IMG/VR virus record: IMGVR_UViG_3300008113_000007
Span: 64,001 to 117,858 of that record
Source: a virus
Lineage: Duplodnaviria > Heunggongvirae > Uroviricota > Caudoviricetes
Length of the DNA: 53,858 bases
Reading direction: 5' to 3' (one strand)
Positions 1 to 7,792 of the stretch are shown piece by piece. The notes beneath the pieces were generated by a model. The model was not told where the DNA came from and did no database searches. It was given only the letters and a program-made list of their open reading frames with translations. Each line of letters opens with the position of its first letter. Position 1 is the stretch's first letter. The translations under genes and the position numbers were made by a program.

Positions 1-2
1 AG

Positions 3-239
3 CAGGGACTCGAGCGCGACCACGACGGGGAGGTCACGAACTACAACCCTGAGGATGACAAAAAGATACTGTGCCTTATGGTGGAGGAGAAGGTCATAAA
101 CGAGTCTGAAGAAATTCCTTTCATAAGGACGCTCTTCAAGCTCGGCAGACACTACGAGTTCCAGGTCGTGAGGAGGAACGAGCTCATATTCGTCAAAGAG
201 GACGGTGGGATAATCGACTACTACGACTGCGACTTCTAA
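3..239 (+). CDS. hypothetical protein, 3' part (5' end outside window)
   Basis: Open frame from base 3 (QGLERDHDGEVTNYNPEDDKKILCLMVEEK...DYYDCDF) to TAA at 237-239. Codon style matches neighbouring genes. Not in the ORF track. Confidence 0.7.
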   Translation, partial: QGLERDHDGEVTNYNPEDDKKILCLMVEEKVINESEEIPFIRTLFKLGRHYEFQVVRRNELIFVKEDGGIIDYYDCDF

Positions 240-274
240 CAACTAACATATAACCAAAATACGGAGAGAATAAG

Positions 275-1804
275 ATGCTGATTGAGACACAATACCTGAC
301 GAGCAGCCGCAAGCTTGTGGCGAGCTACGTCGACAAGAGCGGCGAGATAAAGCTTAAGTACTACGACTGGGAGAACCCGATGAAGTACGTCACCTGCGAG
401 GAGAACGACGCGCAGAGACACCCTAGCTTCAAGTCGTGGGACGGAAAGCACGTGAAGCAGGTCGAGGTCGACAGGCCCGACAGGTACGCGATATACGAGT
501 TCCTCGACGCGCTACCGCAGCACGAACAGGACGAGCTCTTCGAGTACAACCTTCCTAAGATATACTTCATAGATATCGAGACCGAGATCGTTGACGGCTT
601 CCCGGAGCCTGCAGACGTGAAGGACCAAGAAGGTAACGTCGTCAAGGAAGGTGCGTCCACTCAGGTTCTCTCCATCTCAATCGTGTACGACGACAAAATC
701 ATACTACTCGGACTGAAGGACATGCCTGAGGATATGCAGGACAGGATTCACAAGAACACCAACAAGTACTTCGAGAAGTTCGGATCGGACTACAAGTTCA
801 AGTACGTGAAGTACGACGACGAGTTCGACATGCTCTACGCCTTCTTCCACAAGATGACGCCGAAGATGCCGCTGATGACCGGCTGGAACTTCCTCAACTA
901 TGACTGGCTTTACCTGGTGAACCGCGCCCGCAAGATCAGTAAGTGGATGGACGGGCGTGAGTACCGAATAAATCCTGCTGAGTCTTCGCCACTCAAGAGG
1001 ATGAACAAGATTTGGGGGACCGAGTTCGAGGTGCCGATGCACAGGATGATTTTCGACTACATGCAGCTCTACGAGGTGTGCGACACTTCGATAAAGGTGA
1101 AGGAGTCTTCGTCTCTCGACTTCGTGTCCAGCAAGCTCGTAGGCGTCGACAAGATCAAGTACACCGGCTCTTTGCAGAAGCTCTACGAGGACGACTTCGA
1201 GACGTTCATGTACTACAACGCCGTCGATAGTGTTCTGGTTCAGAAGATACACGAGGCGAGGAACTACATATCGATTATCTACGCGATTTCGTCATTGTCG
1301 AGGATAAAGATAGTCGACGTCGTTTCCCAGATGAACAACGCACTGGCGTCTCTCGCGATTACCGAGGGAGTACTTCGTGGTAGGTTCCGTGAGCTAGACA
1401 ACATAGTCCTCTTCAAGGAAGGAAAGGGCGAGGGCGACGCGACGCTCGCCGGCGGTTGGGTGAAGGATCCCATAGTCGGAATGAACAGGTGGTGCGTCAC
1501 CTACGACTTCGCCTCGCTCTACCCTACGACGCAGAGGCAGTTCTTCATCGCGCCGGAGAACTTCGTCGGTGTTCAGGATCCTAAGAGGCCGACGCACTGC
1601 GAGAACGGTCGCGAGATAGACCCTGACAAGCACGTTCTCTGCATAAACGGAGTCGTCTTCGAGAAGCGAATGTCGCCGACGCTTATAATGCTCGAGGACG
1701 TCTACGCCGACCGGAAGAAGAACAAGAACATAATGATGCAGAGGAAGGAGGACCTGAAGAAGGTGCTCGACGAGATAAAGAAGCTCGAGGCCGAATTGAA
1801 TTAA
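275..1804 (+). CDS. family B DNA polymerase, N-terminal subunit (3'-5' exonuclease plus palm motif A) of a split enzyme
   Basis: ExoI FIDIETE, ExoII TGWNFLNYD, ExoIII YNAVDS, LAGGWVKDP and motif A YDFASLYPT are present. The ORF ends before motif B (KxxxNSxYG) and motif C (YGDTDS). Confidence 0.88.
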   Translation: MLIETQYLTSSRKLVASYVDKSGEIKLKYYDWENPMKYVTCEENDAQRHPSFKSWDGKHVKQVEVDRPDRYAIYEFLDALPQHEQDELFEYNLPKIYFIDIETEIVDGFPEPADVKDQEGNVVKEGASTQVLSISIVYDDKIILLGLKDMPEDMQDRIHKNTNKYFEKFGSDYKFKYVKYDDEFDMLYAFFHKMTPKMPLMTGWNFLNYDWLYLVNRARKISKWMDGREYRINPAESSPLKRMNKIWGTEFEVPMHRMIFDYMQLYEVCDTSIKVKESSSLDFVSSKLVGVDKIKYTGSLQKLYEDDFETFMYYNAVDSVLVQKIHEARNYISIIYAISSLSRIKIVDVVSQMNNALASLAITEGVLRGRFRELDNIVLFKEGKGEGDATLAGGWVKDPIVGMNRWCVTYDFASLYPTTQRQFFIAPENFVGVQDPKRPTHCENGREIDPDKHVLCINGVVFEKRMSPTLIMLEDVYADRKKNKNIMMQRKEDLKKVLDEIKKLEAELN

Positions 1805-1809
1805 AAACG

Positions 1810-1835
1810 GAAAACCTCCCAATCGGGAGGTTTTC
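1810..1835. terminator. bidirectional intrinsic terminator hairpin
   Basis: GAAAACCTCCC-aatc-GGGAGGTTTTC between convergent genes. Confidence 0.75.
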
Positions 1836-2015
1836 TCATTCAGTGTCGAACAGAGAATCGATGATTCCCCTGAGGTCTTTGCCGAAGTGTGCCAGACATT
1901 TGTCGTACAGCTCGTTCTTCAGCTCGATGCCCTCCTCGATCAAACTCTGAATGTAGTTCTGTACATCGACCTCGTTTGTGTAGATGTTGAACTCGTCGTA
2001 GTCAAGGACGTGCAT
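1836..2015 (-). CDS. small hypothetical protein (59 aa)
   Basis: MHVLDYDEFNIYTNEVDVQNYIQSLIEEGIELKNELYDKCLAHFGKDLRGIIDSLFDTE*. An AATATATA motif lies upstream on the minus strand (2070-2077), and the ORF ends at the shared terminator. It is just below the ORF-track size cut-off. Confidence 0.65.
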   Translation of the reverse strand: MHVLDYDEFNIYTNEVDVQNYIQSLIEEGIELKNELYDKCLAHFGKDLRGIIDSLFDTE

Positions 2016-2158
2016 TGCTCTTCTTTTGTTTTTGGACGATTCCCTGCCGAGAACCGTTGAGAGCTAGAGTATATATTACCTCTAAAATGTAAAAAACCGG
2101 TTTACGGAAACTATTTCGCTAGTTTCCGATATAAATTTCACAAAACTAACGCCATTTA

Positions 2159-3826
2159 ATGTCAATCAAGAAGGATCTCGCCAAGTTCAAGCCCAGGAAG
2201 GAGCAGAGGGAGGCGCTCGCGTTCATCGACGCGGAGCATAAGAAAAACCCGATGAACAAGTTCTACCTACTAAACCTGCCCGTCGGAGTCGGCAAGAGCC
2301 ACCTCGCGATGATGATCGCTGACTGGTACAAGAAGAACGTGTCGAGGTTCGCCAGGGTCGACGTAATAACGAACAGCAAGATACTTCAGGACCAGTACGC
2401 CGGAACCTACGAGTCGATAAACGACCTCAAAGGTAAGGAGAACTACGAGTGCGAGGCATACTCGTGCTCGTGTGCTCAAGGCGGAGAGTTCAACCGGTTG
2501 AACAAAACTACCTGCGAGGCATGTCCTTACGCCGCGGCGAGGGAAGGTTACATGCAGGGTGGTGTTTCGCTGACTAACTTCTACCTCTACATTCTTTACG
2601 CTATGTACAACCAGAAAATAATGGAGATGCGCAGCGCGAAGGTTCTGATTGTTGACGAGGCACACGAGTTCGACGACGTGATGAGTGACTTCGTCAGCAT
2701 CAAGATTACGGAATCATTAGTCAAGAAGTACAAGTTCTCGAACGAGTACGACATAGTGAAGAGATTGAAGGCAGTGACTAGCATAACGCAGTACGTCGAC
2801 TTCCTGAGGTTCCTGAACGCCGAGATAATCGACACCGTCGAAGGTATGGAGAAGGGAATGGGCACTGCGCCGAGATCCGAGAAGACGGACAAGCGCGACC
2901 TCAGGATTGACAAGGTGCTCGGCAAGAAGAACTCCGACGTGAGGCTAATGAACCTCGTGACGGACCTGAAGCAGCTCCAGCTCAAGATTGACCTCTTTCT
3001 AAAGGAGTACAAGGACAATCCGAACAACTGGGTTCTGGAGTCTAGCTACAACGAGAAGGCGAGGCAGAAGGAGCTCTCGCTTGAGCCTATCTGGGCATAC
3101 GACTACCTCGATAAGTACGTGTTCAGCAACTACGACATGGTGTTCATGATGTCTGGAACCATACTGGACAAAAACCTTTTCTGCACGCTGAACGGACTCG
3201 ACACCTCTCGCGCGGTATACTACTCGATTGAGTCTCCGTTTCCTCTCAGGAACAGGCCAATCTACTACATGCCGCTCGGTAAGATGTCCTATAAGAGCAA
3301 GGAGGACACTTTCAAGAACTACGTCCCTTACATAGGGAAGCTGCTCGACAAGTACAAGGGTAAGAAGGGCATCATACACACGAACTCTTTCGAGCTGGCG
3401 GGTTGGATACAGAGGTCGGTGAAGGACAAAAGATTGAGGTTCCACGACTCTTCGAACAAAGACGAGGTGTTGAAGAGCCACTACGAGACCGAGGATCCGA
3501 CTGTCATCGTCTCGCCGTCGATGGACACCGGCGTTAGCTTCGACAACGACCGGGCCAGGTTCCAAATCATAGCAAAGGTGCCGTATCCGTCTCTGGCGTC
3601 GCAGAAGAACAAGATGAGACAGTCGAACAATCCCGATTGGTACTCATGGAAGACCGTTTGTGGGCTTATACAGATGAGCGGAAGGGCGGTCAGGTCCGAC
3701 ATCGACTTCGCAGACACGATAATAATAGACGGCGGATTCGGCGACATCATCCGGCACAGCTCTCACTTCCTACCTGAGTGGTTCCAGCTGGCGATAAAGA
3801 GGATAAACGTGAAGCTTGAGGCATGA
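2159..3826 (+). CDS. DinG/XPD-like superfamily 2 helicase
   Basis: Walker A LPVGVGKS, DEAH box, Cys cluster (ECEAYSCSC...CEACPY) typical of the Fe-S domain, MSGT motif III, and QMSGRAVRS motif VI. Confidence 0.85.
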   Translation: MSIKKDLAKFKPRKEQREALAFIDAEHKKNPMNKFYLLNLPVGVGKSHLAMMIADWYKKNVSRFARVDVITNSKILQDQYAGTYESINDLKGKENYECEAYSCSCAQGGEFNRLNKTTCEACPYAAAREGYMQGGVSLTNFYLYILYAMYNQKIMEMRSAKVLIVDEAHEFDDVMSDFVSIKITESLVKKYKFSNEYDIVKRLKAVTSITQYVDFLRFLNAEIIDTVEGMEKGMGTAPRSEKTDKRDLRIDKVLGKKNSDVRLMNLVTDLKQLQLKIDLFLKEYKDNPNNWVLESSYNEKARQKELSLEPIWAYDYLDKYVFSNYDMVFMMSGTILDKNLFCTLNGLDTSRAVYYSIESPFPLRNRPIYYMPLGKMSYKSKEDTFKNYVPYIGKLLDKYKGKKGIIHTNSFELAGWIQRSVKDKRLRFHDSSNKDEVLKSHYETEDPTVIVSPSMDTGVSFDNDRARFQIIAKVPYPSLASQKNKMRQSNNPDWYSWKTVCGLIQMSGRAVRSDIDFADTIIIDGGFGDIIRHSSHFLPEWFQLAIKRINVKLEA

Positions 3827-3828
3827 AA

Positions 3829-3852
3829 AAACCCACTCGATTGAGTGGGTTT
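3829..3852. terminator. bidirectional intrinsic terminator hairpin
   Basis: AAACCCACTC-gatt-GAGTGGGTTT flanked by A and T runs, between convergent genes. Confidence 0.75.
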
Positions 3853-3858
3853 CTTTTT

Positions 3859-4323
3859 TTATTTCTTTTTCTTGTCCATGAATTTCTTCAGACCTGCAGG
3901 CATTTCACCTTTTTTAGGTTTTTCGAACTTCTTACCACCTTTGTCTTCTTTCTCCTCTTTGTCTTTGAGTGCTTTAGTCATAGGCTCTTTTTTGTCTCCG
4001 TCTTTGTCGAAGTCTTTGAAGTCTGGTTTTTTAGGAGTTTTTTCGTCATCCTTCTTCTTCTCATCCTTCTTAGGAGCTTTCTTCTTTTCGTTGAAAGTAG
4101 AGAACCTCTCTAGCTTAGTGCCTTCGTCGCCCCACGCCCTTTCGTCGTATCCGTCAGCGTCGTCGTCGTTGCAGTCAGCATCGTCGTCATCGTCATCGTT
4201 GCAGTCTGCGTCGTAATCCGCGTCCCCGTCTGCGTCATCGTGTGCGTACATTTTGACTTGGTCGTCATCCTCTCTCGAATGGAAGTCGAAGTCTTCGAAC
4301 GCTTTTATGTTTTTGAATTTCAT
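3859..4323 (-). CDS. low-complexity Asp-rich/Lys-rich protein, putative internal head protein (154 aa)
   Basis: Likely start MKFKNIKAFEDF at 4323, downstream of a minus-strand AATATATA (4345-4352). An Asp-rich tract is followed by a Lys-rich C-terminus. Confidence 0.7.
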   Translation of the reverse strand: MKFKNIKAFEDFDFHSREDDDQVKMYAHDDADGDADYDADCNDDDDDDADCNDDDADGYDERAWGDEGTKLERFSTFNEKKKAPKKDEKKKDDEKTPKKPDFKDFDKDGDKKEPMTKALKDKEEKEDKGGKKFEKPKKGEMPAGLKKFMDKKKK

Positions 4324-4399
4324 CTTGTTAGATTTATTTTTTATTATATATTTTCTTTTCAAAGCCGAAAAGCTGCATTTTTCGAATAATATATAAGAC

Positions 4400-5293
4400 A
4401 TGATAGGAAAATTTGACGAGTATAGCCACGGTCGCGAGATGGCGGTCCGATTCTTCGAAAACCTTGATACTGCGATGAACGAGTCTGTAGACAGGGAGGA
4501 GTACATGAAGATACAGGACGAGGAGATTTCTAAATTCAAATCTGGCGTCAAAGGTGACATAAAGCTCAACTTCAACCTTATAGGCACATTCGGTGCCGGA
4601 ATTGGCGCACTCTACCCAATGGTCGACAGCCTCATCTCGAAGACAGCACCAGCGATGGACACACGTACTGTAGTTCTACTTACAATAGCGGCCGTCTACC
4701 TTATTGTTCTCGAGGAGAAGGCACATTCTAAGAAGGAGGATTCTGGAAATAGGAAACAGATGATTGCCGAGATGAAAGCCGTCATTTCTGAGCTGCAGCT
4801 CGCCGGTTTTCCGAACGCCAACACTGGTAGCAAGAACGGATCAGACAACCCGGTCCTTTCAAAGGTCGTCGAGTGCCTGAAAGCGGCTAAGAAGATATTC
4901 TTTGTTCTGCTGAGAGGAATAAAACGTGTCGGTCTAATAGACACCGTCGACTTCGCTATAAGGGGCGCTGCCTCACTTCGTACAGGGTTCATAGATATGA
5001 TTTCCTACACGGCAATGCTGGTACCGGTGATGAACGGCATAAACGCCATAATAGGACTTTACAATATGGACCTGGAAACGTTCTTCATGAACCTAGGCGT
5101 TTTCACAGCGGGTATCACCTCGATAATGGCCAAGCACGGTATCGGATTCCTTATGAGTAAGCTAAGAGACGTCCTGAAACTGTCCAAGAAGGATAGGGAG
5201 AGGATAAAGAAAGAAGTCGAAGAGATAGAGGTGCCACTCATAAAGAGGGTAGGTGACATCGACGACGACCAGGATCTCATCAAGGAACAATAG
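4400..5293 (+). CDS. hypothetical protein with hydrophobic segments
   Basis: 297-aa ORF with AATATATA at 4388-4395. Hydrophobic stretches include TVVLLTIAAVYLIVL and FFMNLGVFTAGITSIMA. Confidence 0.7.
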   Translation: MIGKFDEYSHGREMAVRFFENLDTAMNESVDREEYMKIQDEEISKFKSGVKGDIKLNFNLIGTFGAGIGALYPMVDSLISKTAPAMDTRTVVLLTIAAVYLIVLEEKAHSKKEDSGNRKQMIAEMKAVISELQLAGFPNANTGSKNGSDNPVLSKVVECLKAAKKIFFVLLRGIKRVGLIDTVDFAIRGAASLRTGFIDMISYTAMLVPVMNGINAIIGLYNMDLETFFMNLGVFTAGITSIMAKHGIGFLMSKLRDVLKLSKKDRERIKKEVEEIEVPLIKRVGDIDDDQDLIKEQ

Positions 5294-5371
5294 CCTGTTC
5301 GGGTTAAAAGGAATGTCGCGGCAAACCAAGACATTCGACGGCATATAATATGTTACAAAGACATTTAGGAT

Positions 5372-6703
5372 ATGACCACCCCACAGCTAGAGAAGGTTTA
5401 CTTCAATTACATACTCAAAAATAGGAAATATTTCGAACTCGTACAACCGCACTTCTTCCGAAACTCGGAAATACAGTTCGTTTATGGTGTGCTCAGAAAG
5501 TATATGATGGCGTCATCAGATGTCAAAGTCCCAACGCCGAGGCAGATTCTCGACATGGTCAACCTTGAAGACAAAGAGGGAGTAATCACGAAGGAGATAC
5601 TGAAGTCGATACTTCAGGTCGACCTGAAGGAGTACGACGAGAAGAACTTCATAGAGCCAAAGTTCAACGGCTGGCTCTTGTCAAACAGGCTAAAGAACGG
5701 AACGGTCGATATCATTGATGAGACCAGAGGGCTGGACAACGTGTCCGACTTCGAGAAGGCCATCGAGGCAGCAAACCGCATAAAGACCATAGTCGACGAG
5801 ATGTCCTCTACGAATTTCGTAGACGAGGACGATCTCGGTTCCGACTTCGACGAACCTGAGCACCACGTTCAGGATTCCGCCAGGTTCAAAGTGAAGTGTG
5901 GCTACGAGACGATTGACCATATGCTCGGAGGTGGTTGGGACATCGCAACACTCAACGTGATAATGGCGCAGACGAACGGTGGAAAGTCTCTCTGGATGCA
6001 GAACTTCGCGGTGAAGTCTGCCAACATGGGACACAACGTGCTCTACATAACGCTCGAGATGAGCGAGAGAAAGGTGATGAAGAGGCTAGGCGCGATGAGG
6101 CTGCAGATACCGATCAACGACTACGACACGCTATCCAAGGACACGGAGATGATAAAGAAGAAAATCGCCGCACTCAGCAGGAGCGAGGGCGGTGATCTGT
6201 TCGAGAAGAAGGTCGGTAAGATAATCTCGAAGTTCTGGGCCGCTGGCACTGCCACCGTTGCCGACTTCGACAACTACCTACAGAAGCTCAAGGAGAAGAG
6301 GGGTATAAAGATTGACATGATAGTCGTGGACTACATCACTCTTATCGCAGCGACCAAAGGTGCAATCGCTGACAACCTCTACACCAAAGGTAAATCACTT
6401 GCCGAAGGTCTCAGGGCAATAGGTGCCAAATGGGGTTGTCCAGTCATTACTGGGGTACAGGTTGCTAAGGACGCTTGGAACTCGGCAGACATAACGCTCG
6501 AGTCGGTTCCTGAGTCGAAGGCTATTGCAGAGACCGCGGATACTTTCTTCGCTATCATCAGAACAGAGGAGATGAAAAGGCAGAACCTCTACCGCTTCAA
6601 GCTCTTGAAGCAAAGAGACGGCGACTTCTCAAGGTCGCAGATAAAGCTCAACCTTAATCCTACTTATTTGACTTTGGAGAACGATCAGTTCCTCGATCAG
6701 TAA
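5372..6703 (+). CDS. replicative DNA helicase, T4 gp41/DnaB-like
   Basis: Walker A AQTNGGKS, YITLEMSE, Walker B IVVDYI, VITGVQ, ADTFFAI and LLKQRDG arginine-finger region. Confidence 0.88.
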   Translation: MTTPQLEKVYFNYILKNRKYFELVQPHFFRNSEIQFVYGVLRKYMMASSDVKVPTPRQILDMVNLEDKEGVITKEILKSILQVDLKEYDEKNFIEPKFNGWLLSNRLKNGTVDIIDETRGLDNVSDFEKAIEAANRIKTIVDEMSSTNFVDEDDLGSDFDEPEHHVQDSARFKVKCGYETIDHMLGGGWDIATLNVIMAQTNGGKSLWMQNFAVKSANMGHNVLYITLEMSERKVMKRLGAMRLQIPINDYDTLSKDTEMIKKKIAALSRSEGGDLFEKKVGKIISKFWAAGTATVADFDNYLQKLKEKRGIKIDMIVVDYITLIAATKGAIADNLYTKGKSLAEGLRAIGAKWGCPVITGVQVAKDAWNSADITLESVPESKAIAETADTFFAIIRTEEMKRQNLYRFKLLKQRDGDFSRSQIKLNLNPTYLTLENDQFLDQ

Positions 6704-6753
6704 AACCAAAGTGGGATAAACAAATATAAAACAAAAAAAATTATTTTTCAAAG

Positions 6754-7701
6754 ATGGCCAAAAAAATAAGAGACGACGAGGACGACTTCGAAGAAAGAGA
6801 CGAAATTCTCGATACACCCGTCGATTCTGCCCAGGACTCTGAGGATGAAGACGACTTCGAGGAGAAGGGTGAGGCGTTCATAGGTGATGAGGACGAAAGC
6901 ATAGACATCCTCATAGAGATAGACGACGAGGATCTCGAGTTCGGCGAGGAACAGCCTAAGCAGAGCAGTGACGAAGACGAGGAAATAGTTCTCTCTAAAC
7001 ACAAGATGGAAGGAAAGCACTCACTCAAGTACGACTCTATATTCAAAGGTAAGAAGGAGACACCTCCCGACGAGGACGAGCTCGACGGTTTCGCCTACTA
7101 CCACAAAGACTCTATTGAGGTTGACAAATCATCAAACTATTACTTCGAGTCTATAGACAACGAGAGTTACGTGAGGTCTAAGCTTGTCAAGGAGAGGGTC
7201 TACCAGACACTCTGCGACCATACCGAGCTGAACTTCATGAACAACCGTAGGAAGCCTTCGAGGTCGGATTTCAACAGCTATTACAACCTGCTCAAGGTGC
7301 AGCTCGAAGAGGAGAGCTTCACGAACGTAGAGCTTTTCAACGAGCTCGCGGTCTACTTCTCCGACAACCTTTTCAATATGTTCAAGCTGCTGGACAACAA
7401 ATGGCGCAACATGATAATAAACGAGTTGCAGGACCACATCGGAAAGAACCAGAACTCTAAGGAGGTGATGAACAGGAACATCTACGAAGGTACCGAGATT
7501 GAGTTCGTTCACGAGGATGGTTGGGGCCATATGTCGCACATCACCGGCGTCGTTGTTGAGACGTTCTACGACAGCAGCGAGTTCAGAGTGGATTCATACG
7601 AGAACATCTACCTTGTTCACATCAGCGAGATAACTAAGATACTCAACAACACTAAGTTCAAATACAATTTGAACAAACTCAACAACATCGATTTTTTATA
7701 A
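6754..7701 (+). CDS. hypothetical protein with acidic N-terminus
   Basis: 315-aa ORF in phage codon style, between the helicase and nrdA. Confidence 0.7.
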   Translation: MAKKIRDDEDDFEERDEILDTPVDSAQDSEDEDDFEEKGEAFIGDEDESIDILIEIDDEDLEFGEEQPKQSSDEDEEIVLSKHKMEGKHSLKYDSIFKGKKETPPDEDELDGFAYYHKDSIEVDKSSNYYFESIDNESYVRSKLVKERVYQTLCDHTELNFMNNRRKPSRSDFNSYYNLLKVQLEEESFTNVELFNELAVYFSDNLFNMFKLLDNKWRNMIINELQDHIGKNQNSKEVMNRNIYEGTEIEFVHEDGWGHMSHITGVVVETFYDSSEFRVDSYENIYLVHISEITKILNNTKFKYNLNKLNNIDFL

Positions 7702-7792
7702 TGTATACACAGTAAAAAATCACGAAAAAACAATAGACTATATTTTTTAACCGAAAAACGGCCTAATATATAAACAACAAAAATTAAGAAGT

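Noticed and set aside
704-1252. Numerous 60-190 aa antisense ORFs overlapping long genes (this one as example)
   Set aside because: Expected from the biased third-position codon usage of the real genes on the opposite strand.
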